A stretch of DNA of 64,000 bases. Origin: Azolla caroliniana. Its lineage: Eukaryota; Plantae; Polypodiophyta. This document shows positions 36,201 through 47,220 of this stretch, one piece after another (position 1 is the stretch's first letter; each line of letters opens with the position of its first letter). Under the pieces are notes generated by a model. It did not search any database. It was not told the DNA's origin and saw nothing but the letters and a program-made list of their open reading frames with translations. The translations under genes were made by a program, and so were the position numbers. The stretch is taken from assembly GCA_043228905.1 (NCBI GenBank), contig JBHGNT010000014.1, positions 3,348,001-3,412,000 of the forward strand, in the 5' to 3' direction.

Positions 36201-38100
36201 TCTGGATCGAAGGGTCTTCACTCTATGTCCCGACCGGTTCTCCACTTCAGATATCCATAGAGTGAAGACCTTGAGTGCTTCATCTTTGGACTTGACGGAG
36301 TATGCCCAAACTTTCCATGTACAGTCATCTACGAATGTGATGAAGTACCAGGAGCCTCCTAGTGATCGCTCTGTCTTGGGCCCACATATGTCTGTGTGCA
36401 CGAGCTCTAGGGGTTGTCATATCGTATCGTAGTGGAGAGAATGCGGACTTCGGGTCTGTTTCCCATATCGACAATGCTCGCAGAAGTCCGTCTTTGCCTG
36501 GAGTTTCGAGAGGTAGCCAACCGACATCAACCGATCAAGTCTAGCTTGAGACATATGGCCGAGTCGGCCATGCCATAAGTTTGGGTCGGTCTTTTTGGCT
36601 ACGTTCACGACCCCTTCAGGGTTGATCGCCATCAATGGGTACAAATTGTTGTACTTGTACCCACTCCCGATTTTTAGGTTTCCCCGGCTGATCACCCATG
36701 TCGACTCGTGTAGAGTCGTTCTGTACCCGTCTTCGGCTAACATGTCAATGGAGACCAGACTCCTCTTTAGATCGAGTATGTGCCGAACTCGGTGCAGGGT
36801 TATTGTGTTGCCATTTGGCAATCTGATGGGAACTTCTCCAGTTCCTGCAATCTTGCACTCCTGCCCGTTTCCCAGCCGGACTGTGCCGCTGGCATCGGTT
36901 GAATAGTTCGAAAACCATTCGACGTTGGGGGTCACGTGAAATGTGGCACCGGAGTCTAGCAGCCACGTGTGTGCAACTTGTGCACTGTAGAGGACTTCTC
37001 CGATCATCGAGTCCTCTAGAGAGAGGATTTCTCCGGATCGGGTGTTGGCAACATTGATCTGGTTGCCGACTGGAGAGTGGTCCAATTTGGAACGTCCCCG
37101 ATTCCGCTCGGATTGCCGACCACTCTCTTTTCTTTTTATTGACCAGTAGTCGGAAACATTGTGGCCAGCTTTCCTGCAGTGTGTGCAGTACTGACTTGTT
37201 CGGCCCGTTCTCGACTTCGATCATTGTCGGTCACCCCTTGTTTTCGATCGGCTATAGCGTCGACCAATTCTGTCGACTTGTTCTTTCGTTCGACCCTATC
37301 GGTTGAACGACTCGGTCGAGTGATGGGCTTCTGCCAACTCATCGATTTTTGCCTGATGTCCTCTGTGAGGACTTGGCGGTGGTTAGTTCCATCGATTTTC
37401 ACCTGATGTCCTCTGTGAGGACTTGGCGGTTGTTTCGTCCAAATTCAGGATCGGTCGGCTATTGTCGTATGTCGTACAAAATATTTCCCAACTCGTCGGC
37501 AAGCTCGGTAGGAGGGCAAGGGCTTTCACTTCTTCTTCGAAGTTGATCCCTTGGGACGAGAGCTCTGACAGCACCCGATTGAAGGTGTTGATGTGGGAGG
37601 TTGCCGGATCAGTCTCTTTCATCTTCATGTTGAACAATTGTTTGATCAATATCAGTTTTGAAGATGAGGACTTCTTCTCATATATGGCCTGTAATTTCTC
37701 CCACAATGAGAACGTTGTCGTCTCTTTTGCCATGCTTAAATAGACGTTTTCAACCAGATGCATTCGGATGGTAGAGCGTGTTATTTCGTCCATTGATCTC
37801 CACTCTTCTGTTGTCATCGAAGCAAGCTTTTCGTTATGCCGAATGGCTTCGACCTGTCTTCGGATAATCAGCGCATCTTGCATCATCTCTTTCCACAGGG
37901 CAAAGTTTTTGTCGTCGAACTTTCTAATTTCAACTCCTCTTCTGGATGTTGAAGCCATATTCTTTCTGTGGATTTGATGTTTCTGACCTGGTCTTTTCTT
38001 TCAGCTTCTTCTGTTATCTGTTGTCGCCGCACATTAGAACACAACTCTGGTACCCTTGTTAGTGAATGAGTCGATAGTTATGCGGAAGTGTGTGTTCGGA
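33203..38100 (-). mobile_element. Ty1/copia element with a complete 3' LTR (33203-33503) and a truncated 5' LTR (38057-~38100)
   Basis: TGTTAGTGAATGA..GCGGAAGTGTGTGTTCG is shared at 33203 and 38057. PPT from 33504. Degenerate PBS at about 38045-38055. Gag 37383-37958, PR LDSGATFH, INT, RT, RNase H. Confidence 0.88.
33618..36071 (-). CDS. pol: Copia pol C-terminal part (INT C-terminus, RT, RNase H), 817 aa open frame
   Basis: FWAEALQTAVYLIN, KARLVAKGFKQEYGVDY, LYVDDMLI, YTDSDYAG, CDSQSAI, HAKTKHIEVRYH. Upstream gag/PR/INT are broken by stops. Confidence 0.85.
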   Translation of the reverse strand: MTTMLQQAGLKLEFWAEALQTAVYLINLASSRAIRLEVPHALWSSKQLTYDRLRIFGCEAYAFIPRDKRTKLAPHATKCIFLGYGTNGDFGYRLWDPENRKLIWSSDVVFNEDSIFSQRNQQKTVGKKVSFEDDNVIVERSTHWAELESQQTIELQPADNVLADTESAISPNVELEEKVIKDRAKSTKVDQGRVNKGQVRKELTTTVGENNQTPPKSQTGGGIPNKTPDSNGSTNADRQKELIEESEPNNTAPRRYGRARRQTKFYQPGPDYVNYTDAGEPRTYDEAMAAPDVETWLQAMKSEMDLIHQNQTWELVELQAGRKPLPCKWVFRYKYVSNSEKPKYKARLVAKGFKQEYGVDYDEIFSLVVKMTTLQLLLRVVATKDLKLEQMDVKTTFLHGDLEEDICMSQPAGFTSTGEDSHLVCRLKKSLYGLKQASRMWYQKFDSYIRQLGYNRSNSDPCMYVRQLADESRIYLILYVDDMLIAGSNQSEIGKLKWSLHAKFAMKELGQARHILGMRIERNWTTRTLRLSLSDYIRKVLKHFNMENAKSALTSLPTSIRQLDRDSPTMDKERELNGKIPYASAVGSIMYAMVATRPDLGYAVGVVSRYMSNPGKKHWEAVKHILRYLKGTTDAQLTFGSTTSTEVEGYTDSDYAGNTDNRKLTSGIFTYGGGAISWRSKFQECTTLSTTEAEYIAALEVAKEAIWLHLLTADFGTTSRTDRSTPTIHCDSQSAIHLINNRVYHAKTKHIEVRYHHIRELVTKKKLEVRKIDTEVNIADCLTKPLPDQRFGTLRTKMGLRQVIEQKKAKREAEGKS

Positions 38101-38291
38101 TAGGTTCTAGTGTGTGCTACATCGTTAGCTTCTTTGACATAGCTCCAGTACCCGTGTTTGCATAGGTACTAGTGTGTCTTGTACAATGAAGATGCGTAGT
38201 TGCTCTATCCATGTTCTTGTCTGTTCGGAAGAAAGAAGTTTATCTCTATGTTGGTTCGCTTGTCAAATGCAAAGGATCTTCAACCCTCGCA

Positions 38292-38715
38292 CTTTGATAC
38301 CATGTGAAGAGTCACGTATGCGGAAGCTTGTGCACAGAGAACACACACACAGTCGGCTTGGCCGAATACCTACAAACATTTAGGTATACACAGAGAATGT
38401 AGGGAGAGAGAGAGACAGGATTGAGCAGAGAACATAAACTTTCTATTACAATATCACTCTATCCTATGTACATCAAAATGTGCTTAGTGAGCACTTTTAT
38501 ACAAGTTGTTGGCATAGGCTGACTCAAGTACTAATAAGTACTTTAATGCTCCTGATGGCCCATCAGCTCCCAATTGATCCGACCTAGCTGATTAGTCTAT
38601 GTCTGATTCGGCTTCCAGCTTCTGTAGCCGATCTAAGCCTAGCCAATTAGTCTATGTCTGATCTGGCTTCCGGCTTCTCCAACTAGTTGACCCATGTTGA
38701 GCTTGTCACTCAACA
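38292..38715 (-). mobile_element. LTR with iMet PBS of a further truncated retroelement
   Basis: CTTTGATACCA at 38292-38302 (minus strand TGGTATCAAAG), then a TG..CA block to about 38715. Internal duplication of about 54 bp at 38576-38677. Confidence 0.6.
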
Positions 38716-39292
38716 TTCACTTATGGAGAAAGTTGCCCTTCTTTGTAGTGTCAGATCAAGGGCCTCAATGGAACTATCAACTTCTTCTTCTTTTCATAAA
38801 GATTTCCTTCATTAGTATTAAGAAAAGCGTTAGAGGGCTACAAAAATGTAAAGTCGGAGAGTATTATATACAAAAGAAATAGTCAGGGCAAGGACTAGGG
38901 GTGATTATATTTCCATAACGGTCCTTGAGAGGAGATTGTGAACAGAGGCAACTTCCTCCATAATTGTAGTAATTTTTTCCTTTTCTTCAAAACAACCTCC
39001 GAAGAGCCTGGTAGAGGAAGTGAGAAGAGGAGAGAGAGATAGCGAGGATGAGAGAGAGAGAAAGATGATGACAACAGCTAATATATTATGTGAAAAGATA
39101 AGTACAAAGTGGCTAAGAGGCTTAAGACTGGCGTTGAACCAATTTGGTTCAACATAATGTCTAGTGCCTTCTTTTATAGTGTTGTCAGGAGTAATCCTGA
39201 AACTTCTAGAATGTTCCAGAGAAATCTGGAATATACATTACTTTCTTATAATAAAACATAAATGAAAATAATATCCTATGAATTACAATAGA

Positions 39293-39355
39293 TGGTGTGA
39301 TGGTTAAGAGCTCGACCCATATACCATAAGGTCATGGGTTCGAGTCTTGCCATAT
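39293..39355 (+). promoter_or_regulatory. tRNA-like Pol III A/B box module in the LTR (second copy at about 43850-43912)
   Basis: A-box TGGTGTGATGG at 39293-39303, AAGGTC variable-loop-like segment, B-box GGTTCGAGTCT at 39337-39347. Starts are 44 nt apart, as in tRNA genes. Confidence 0.6.
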
Positions 39356-42280
39356 CATGACACTATCTCCCCCTTAACGACGACGAGTGGAACGAGTCGG
39401 TGCTGATTGCGGACCGGGTTTGTTCGGATACTTTTGCTGATCAACTCATACTCCGGGCCGGCGTCCAACTCGAGCAGGGGCGGCAGTGGTGTAACACGAT
39501 TGGGAATGGTGTTGGCTTTATAAGGTTCAAGAAGAGAACAATGGAAAACTGGATGTATCTGAAGCTGCGAAGGGAGATCAAGGCGGAATGTGACATCATT
39601 AACCTTACCCGTAATACGGAAAGGACCGAGTCGTCGATAATCCAACTTGTTGCACGGTCGAGTAGTCTTGATGTGACGACATAAGAGCCATACTCGATCT
39701 CCGATGGCAAAAGAGGAGGGAAGCCGATGACGATCCGCGTAAGTCTTCTGTGTCTGTTGAGCATGACGAAGATGAGTTGAGAGATCTGTTTGGATCTTGC
39801 GTAGTCTCTCCAAATGATCCCCGGCACGAGGATTGGTAGGTAGTTCCGGGGTGTCAATCACCGACCAACGAGGATGAGAACCGGTATAAGCGTAGAATGG
39901 GGAGACTCGAGTCGAGGAGTGAACAACATTATTATACGCAAACTCCGCAAAGTGGAGAATCTCGGCCCAATCGTCCTGCTGATAACTCAAGAAACACCGG
40001 AGATATTGCTCCAGCGTTTGGTTTGTTCGTTCCGCCTGCCCATCGGTCTGAGGATGGTAGCCGGAGGAGAGGTTGCAAGAGACCTTGAGCATCTTGAAGA
40101 GATGCTGCCAAAATTTGGAGACAAATTGCGGTCCTTAGTCACTGATGATACTATCTGGGAGGCCATGATGCCGAAATACCTCACGCATGACTAGGGCGGC
40201 GGTTTCCTCGCTAGTGATGGCCTTAGTACACGGAAAGAAATGTGCCATCTTCATATATCGATCGACAACGGTTAAGATAGCATCGAACCCCTGCGAGACC
40301 GGCAGATCTGTGATAAAATCAAGACAAATAGACTGCCACGGCTTACTTGGAATCGGTAAGGGTTCCAATAAGCCATATGGATGGTGTCGTGGCATCTTTG
40401 CTCGGCAGCAAGCATCACAGGTCCGAACGTAATCGTCAACAAAATGGCGCATGTGGGGCCACCAAAAAGATCGTTGCACTAGCTCCAACGTCTTAGTACT
40501 ACCGAAATGTCCCGTTGTATGGGTGTCGTGACAATGCTGGACAATTTGAAGGCGACATGAGCAATCAGGGACATATACGCGCTTTTTAAAGAATAACAAA
40601 CCATTATGATATTCGAATTGTCGGTAGTCAATACCTGGTTGTTGAGACTGAGAACAAGATGCCCGAGAAGTATCAATGTGTGCCAGGATGTCTTGACCAA
40701 AGCTATCTGTCTTCAAGTTTGCACGTATGTCATCGGTAATCCGTGAATCCATCGGGGTGTGAAAAATCCGTGTCATGTGCAATCGTGTTGGTCCCAAGAT
40801 TACTTGCTTTTGATTATCAAATGTTGGATCACCAGGACGAGGTGCAAGATACGAACGTCGTGATAGTGCATCTGCTTTTCCTTGCTGCTTCCCCAGTCAA
40901 TATGTGATTTTGAAGTCGAAATGCGTGAGGAATTGCGCCCACCGAGCTTGCCGTCGATTTAGTACGCGAGCGTTCTGGAAATAAGCAAGATTTTTATGAT
41001 CACTAAAGACAATGACCTAATGTGGAGACCATTCTCGCGGAGTCGTTTTAGTACTAATAGTACATGAGAATCGTGCTCTTGCTGGGTCTTCGAATAAATC
41101 AATAGATCATCCAGATAGATGATCAAACAGATATCCAAGAGGTCTCTGAATATATCATTTGTCATGTGTTGGAAGACTGCGGGTGCATTGGTTAAGCCGA
41201 ACAGCATAACAGTATACTCGAAATGCCCATATCGCGTGCGAAAGGCGGTCTTCCATTCATCTCCCGGTCGGATCCGCACGAGGTTATACGCTCCTCGTAG
41301 ATCGATTTTGGTAAAAAACTTGGCACCATTAACTCGCTCCAAAAGACTTGATATAAGAGGAAGTGCATACCTATTCCGGATGGTGACCTTATTCAATCCG
41401 CAGTAATCAACGACGAGACGAAGTGAGCCATCTTTCTTCTTGACAAAGAAGATGGGTGCACCGGCCGGAGATTTCGAATGACGGATGAACCCGCTTGCCA
41501 AGTTCTCCTCTATGTAGGCTCGAAGGACTTCTAACTCGGTGGGTGACAAGTTGTAAATTGGTCCCCATGGTGGCTCGATTCCTGGTTGTAAATCGATGGG
41601 ACAGTCATAGGGACGGTGATGAGGAAGGGTACTGGCTTTTACCTTGTCAAATACATCGGTATAAGGATGATATTTTGCCGGAAGTTGTACTGAGGAGTCC
41701 TTCTTAATAGTGCTGGAAGGATGCACTGATATTGCAAATAGGAACATTGCCTCCTTGTGTCCTTCTTCACGTAATTGATGGAGTGAAATGGTCGAAACTC
41801 GGTGAGTAGATTCTTGGGGTGGTCGATATCGGACTTCTCTTGTTCTCCAATCTATGGCTGGATTATGTAATTCAAACCAAGGTAATCCTAGGACAATGGG
41901 ATGCTCTGGACTACTAATTATATTAAATGATATTACACACACAAAACTACCTAGGACAACTTGAATGGATTCTGATTCTTCTACAATATTCCCAGAAGCA
42001 ATGGGACGACCATCAATGACTACTACAGATGCGGGACAAGGAAGTTTTCTTAAGGATATCTGAGAAGCTTGGGCAAAATTTCGATCCATGAAACAGGAAT
42101 TAGCTCCGGAATCTAAAAGTGCTAGGACGGGTACTGGAGGAGTACTTTTAGTACTAACAATGACTTGGGCTAGGAACACATTGCTAACTTGCTTAGAAGG
42201 AATGGAACCACTAATAGGCTGTACAGATCTAGGGTTGCTGTCCAACCAAACGGCTCCTATTTTGGCTGGACTCAATCGTT
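39355..42280 (-). pseudogene. pol: Tcn1-like pol (PR-RT-partial RNase H-INT) with deletion and frameshifts
   Basis: ORFs 40959-42275, 40135-40797, 39355-40092. RT jumps directly into the late RNase H motif (FSDHKNL) near 41025. Confidence 0.85.
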
Positions 42281-43429
42281 TAACTCTTCATCTAATTGAC
42301 TAAGGACTTCAAATTTATTTGAGATACTTGGGCTATTAGTATTATGAATACTATCTGACACCCTATTAGTACTATTAATACTATCAGACACTCCGAAGGG
42401 AATAATTGACTCGGGTTTAGTACAGGCGACGATTTGATTTACCTGTCTTCTTGGCCTATGGGGACAATTGATGGCGATATGCCCTGGTCCACCGCAATAA
42501 AGACATAATCGATTGGCACGCCGTCGTTGCTTTTCTTCTTCCGATAATGGGCCGCGTCGACGCATGGTGTCGATCTCCATCGGTGTCGGAATATTGGCTT
42601 GAGGTACATCGCGTGCAAATGGTTTAGCCGTGACTGGGGCGTATGTGGGTTCCGGCCGAGAGCGTGGCATTTGTAACTGACGTTCCGAACGCCGTTCGAA
42701 AAGGTGATTGTCGCATCGGACCGCTCGACTGATTGCCTTCGTAAGAGACTTTGGTTACTCGAGGAAGGTTAAAAGCAAGTCTTTGACATCGTTGCGCAAG
42801 CCATAGCGAAACTGCTCCATGAGGGCCTGATCATCCCAGGGGATATCTGAGGCGAGTAGGCGGAAATCTACCGCGTAGGCCAAGGCTGGACGATCGCCTT
42901 GACGCAATCTTCGGATCTTGTTGATCACCGTCCTGATGTTGTCGGTATCTCCAAAGCAAGCTTTAAACTCACCAATAAAATCTTCAAAGTTATTAAGCAA
43001 GGGTGATTGTTTTTCTAGAAGTGGAGCGAACCATGCCAAGGCTGAGCCGCTAAGTAACGTGCCTATTAGGCCGACTCGAGATGCATCAATGGGATATCGG
43101 GAAGGATGCATCTGGATGACTAAGCATACCTGATTAAGGAATCCCCGGAATTGCGATCGTGTTCCATCAAATTTCACAGGAAGTCCAATCTTGGGCTCTT
43201 TATGAAATCCTTGGGGACTTGATCCTTGTTGTTGCAACGCTACTTCGAGTTGTTGTACCCGTAACGCTAACTCCCCATGTTGTTGTTGTGTTTGTTGTTT
43301 TTCGAGAGCGATTTGTTGCAGATCCCCTATCAACCATTGGTTTTCTTGTTCCAGGGCAACAAACTTTTCTTTTAGACACTGTAACTCGGAGAAAACGGAT
43401 TGATATACTTGGGCACTAACAGTAGCCAT
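42272..43429 (-). pseudogene. gag: Tcn1-like gag (frameshifted near 42755)
   Basis: MATVSAQ.. coiled-coil N-terminus, retrotransposon gag capsid region, CCHC knuckle, ends LDEELND*. Confidence 0.85.
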
Positions 43430-44339
43430 AGTATAGGGAAAAGGGTAGGAGGAAAGGAAGAGAAATTGGTTCAAACTGTCAGGAATAGTACTAAAGCAGA
43501 GATGGAATTAGTACTAATAAGAGAAGTACTATTAATACTAAGAAGATGGGACTGCGTGAGATTCCCGGGAGAGGAAGTGAGAAGAGGAGAGAGAGATAGC
43601 GAGGATGAGAGAGAGAGAAAGATGATGACAACAGCTAATATATTATGTGAAAAGATAAGTACAAAGCGGCTAAGAGGCTTAAGACTGGCGTTGAACCAAT
43701 TTGGTTCAACATAATGTCTAGTGCCTTCTTTTATAGTGTTGTCAGGAGTAATCCTAAAACTTCTAGAATGTTCCAGAGAAATCTGGAATATACATTACTT
43801 TCTTATAATAAAATATAAATGAAAATAATATCCTATGAATTACAATAGATGGTGTGATGGTTAAGAGCTCGACCCATATACCATAAGGTCATGAGTTCGA
43901 GTCTTGCCATATCATGACAACAAGAGATTGGAATAGAACTATCGACTTCCATGGACCCTTTCTTGAATATTAGTAGACCATGCCAGTGTACCTCATCAAG
44001 TTTCAACACCCCTTTATAAGTTCCTATATTTGGCCTTACGATAACTGTACATAAAATGTTGTAAGCCTCTGGACAGCTAACTTCAAGTTGTAGCTTTCAG
44101 GTGTTTTTTCTTAATACTAAAGAAAATCTCTCAAGGAAAAAAAAAACACACAGTTTTCCATCAATTCATTTTCCATTACTTCAACTTCTTTAAGCACACT
44201 TTGATGCAAGATTGTCTCTAGTTACATGATATTTTCAAATTTTCTTTCAACACTTTTGAGCACAACTTATTTTCAGATTTTTTTCTTCAGATTTCCCACC
44301 AATAATATAATCATTACTAAAAGAAGACTATTTTCTTAC

Positions 44340-44499
44340 ATAAGAAGAGTTGGAGTTTATAAGTTTGCAATGTATCATGTTTGCCAATTATACTACCCGA
44401 CATCTCACATGATGTTATAGGTTTACTACAATGTCTCTAGTTATAGGCGGTTAAGACTTTCTACTCCTATCAAATATAGCTCTAGATTTTGTAATTAAT

Positions 44500-44535
<36 letters not shown>

Positions 44536-45345
44536 AGAGAGAAAGAGAGAGTACATTGAAACATGTCTTACTTGGTAAGGTCTCCTACCAAGGACCAAAA
44601 AGAGGCATGCTCAACTTGCAACGTTCAATAAAATGTCACATAAAGTAGTGAAGAGGCCTAAATTTGAAAGTAGTACTTGTATTTATATCAAAGAAATATT
44701 ATACAAAATATCTAACATTATTTAAATATGTTTATAATACCTACTATGAGAAGTTTGCATTGTACAACACATACTATGGGAAGATTCCCATTATCCACAT
44801 ATAGCAAAGGCATGTAAGTAATAATTTATTGACATGTTTATGAAAACATAGATCTATGAGTTAGATTAATATTTAGTGCTTGCATGAGCACAAACACAAT
44901 GTTGTTCATGATGTTATGAGGTCATGAAGTGATGACCATGAGAGGGATGATTGAACGACAAACTCATAAAGACCATTATTGAGATGAAAAGGGATTGTGT
45001 GTGGGAGATAACAGTGAGGAGACTATAACTATCCCAAATTGGTGAATGTCACATTCATGCAAGTGCAATAAGTGATGGTGGATGTGCGGAGGAAAGTGGA
45101 AGTTAGGTAGAGAGAAAACATCAATGATGGATGTGTCGTGTACAAAGATGATGGGAGGAGTACTGCGAAAGAGGTTCAACACAATTAGTGATCATGTTTG
45201 GAAATTTGACTGTGGGTGAATGATGGTGCCACTTGAATCACATAGTTAACCTTTTGTAGATGATAAGTAGAGCAAACATCAATAAAAGACAATGATGACA
45301 CTTGAATGAATGATGGACCAATAAAATAACTTTGGTTGTACTATA
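44340..45345 (+). repeat. Copy 1 of an unclassified ~1-kb dispersed repeat, with a (GT)n microsatellite
   Basis: Collinear similarity to 46955-47995 (AAGAAGAGTTGG..TTTGCCAATT; GAGAGTACATT..AAGGAC; CTTGAATGAATGA..CCAATA). Confidence 0.7.
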
Positions 45346-46099
45346 ATAATCCCCGTTTTGTGTATAAGCTTCCTTGTATAGTCTCCTTGTAATAATCCTT
45401 CCTAACTAATGGGAAAGTAGCTTTATTTTGTAAAAAAAAAAAACTTTGGTTGTACTATAATAAAGGCAATTTGATTCCATTAGAATAGTTAATTACGAAT
45501 TCTTGACAAACTTTGGTAGTAACCAATATTTGTTGACTCATAAACTTTGTCTTGACTCTTAATAGGTGAACGGTGAACCCATGATTCAATTTGATTGATT
45601 GAGAGTCATCAAAATATAATTTAAACCCTCATGCATGAACCCAAATAACAAAAAAAGGTCAAGAATATTTTGACAAAAATTCAAAAAATGTACGAGTCTA
45701 TGGACATGCAAGTACTTTGCGCAAACCAACCCCTTTCTCAGTTTATTGAAAGGACCCTTTTTTTTAATCAGATACCATGAGACAGAAACAAATTCTCCTC
45801 TTTCTTCTCAAAATGTGAAACCTTCTTTGGTTTAATTGATATGAAGATGAGAATGCTATTGATGGTGGAGGTTTTAGTGTCAATATTAATGGTTTTAATG
45901 GCAGCCAAGTGGCACATGCATATAAATTGCATGCTAGGTACAATGTGGCAAGCCTAAAAGTGAATGGATAGATGCATGCAGAGCCATAATTCATTATTGT
46001 AAAGTGAGAGGAATATTTTATGAAATTATTTGCTTTTCCTATTAGTATAGATAATGATGTTTTTTGGCAAGAGCAATAGGCCATGTGCGTGAAGAGATG

Positions 46100-46920
46100 T
46101 CACAAATCCTTGAGATAGACTTCGTAGAGGATTAAGTGGAAAGAGTGATGCTACATTTTTCAAATGATAAAAGGCCTAACTAGGGTAAACTTATAAATAA
46201 GTTCTTTCAAAAGTATGTACAATCACAAAAGGAACCACTCACAATTATGTTTCAAGAAGTCAAGAATTCAAGACATATGCCTCAATCATGGAAGGTTGGA
46301 TGTAATAAAACTCTTGTGTAAGACCTCTCTTCATCATAATTTATAAACCTATTTCCATAATGACGGAGTATACAAACTATTTGTGAAGGCCCACATTAGT
46401 AGGTTGCAATAGTTTTTATCAACAATAGTGCCCACATCTAGATTTGATTGAGGCTATATTGGATATACATTAGACACTTGTCGTTCTCAAAAGCCATCCA
46501 AAGTAAAAACAACTTATGCATGTGACAAACTAATTTGTAAGAATTATGGAGGGTGATCACAAGGTCCAATAGTTGGTAGATCATGTGCAATTGGGGTTGC
46601 TATCTTGTTTCTTTTACAAGCTAAGGTGTTTATTTTGACGATTATGATAGGTGGATAAACTTTAGGAATTACATTCCATAGAAAGAGTATTACCTTTCGG
46701 AATGTAGCCAATATGGAGTTACCCTTTTTTTATAGGTGTTTGCTCAAGGTGTGGAGTTAGGAGCACATTCTCCAAATTTTCAATCTTTGTTTTTTGTTTT
46801 GAGTTGTCACAATACTGAGGATTATGTCATAATTTACATACGTGAAATGCATGTATTGCTTCATTGTTGAATATGGGGTTCAAAGACATATCCAGTGATT
46901 CAAAAGCATTTTTGTATTGC
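46100..46920 (+). pseudogene. Highly degenerate LINE ORF2 (RT) remnant
   Basis: Only residual similarity: PQSWKVG, a KAYD-like segment and a GxxQGC-like segment. No open frame. Confidence 0.35.
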
Positions 46921-46954
46921 AAAACTCATAATGTGAAACATCAAGAGGTTGACA

Positions 46955-47146
46955 CAAGAAGAGTTGGGGTTTGTAGGTTTGCAAGGGTCATGTTTGCCAA
47001 TTGCATTGGCCATTATCCTATATGATGCTACAGGTTCACTACAATGTATCAAGAAAGATGTAATGAGATTCTTGAGGGTTTTTCGAGTGGGTCAATAAGA
47101 TATTTTATTCCTATGAATTATAGCCCTACACTTTATATTTGATCAA

Positions 47147-47220
<74 letters not shown>

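Larger units (their letters stand above)
39013..43919 (-). mobile_element. Ty3/gypsy Tcn1/Tf1-sushi-type chromovirus, internally deleted
   Basis: 5' LTR 43477-43919 (TGTCA...TGACA). The 3' LTR 39013-39362 lacks about 93 bp at its U5 end. PPT AAGGGGGAGATAG. PEG10/sushi-like gag (FDGTRSQFRGFLNQ, CLYCGGPGHIAINC), PR LLDSGAN, RT YLDD, INT GYHPQTDGQAER. The chromodomain is cut after PEYE. Confidence 0.9.

Noticed and set aside
39288-39360. Functional tRNA gene
   Set aside because: Acceptor, anticodon and T stems do not pair properly; only the promoter boxes are tRNA-like.
43740-43919. Short ~180-bp LTR starting at the internal TGTCAGGA
   Set aside because: Similarity between the two LTRs extends well beyond this point, and the PBS abuts the TGTCAGGA at 43477.
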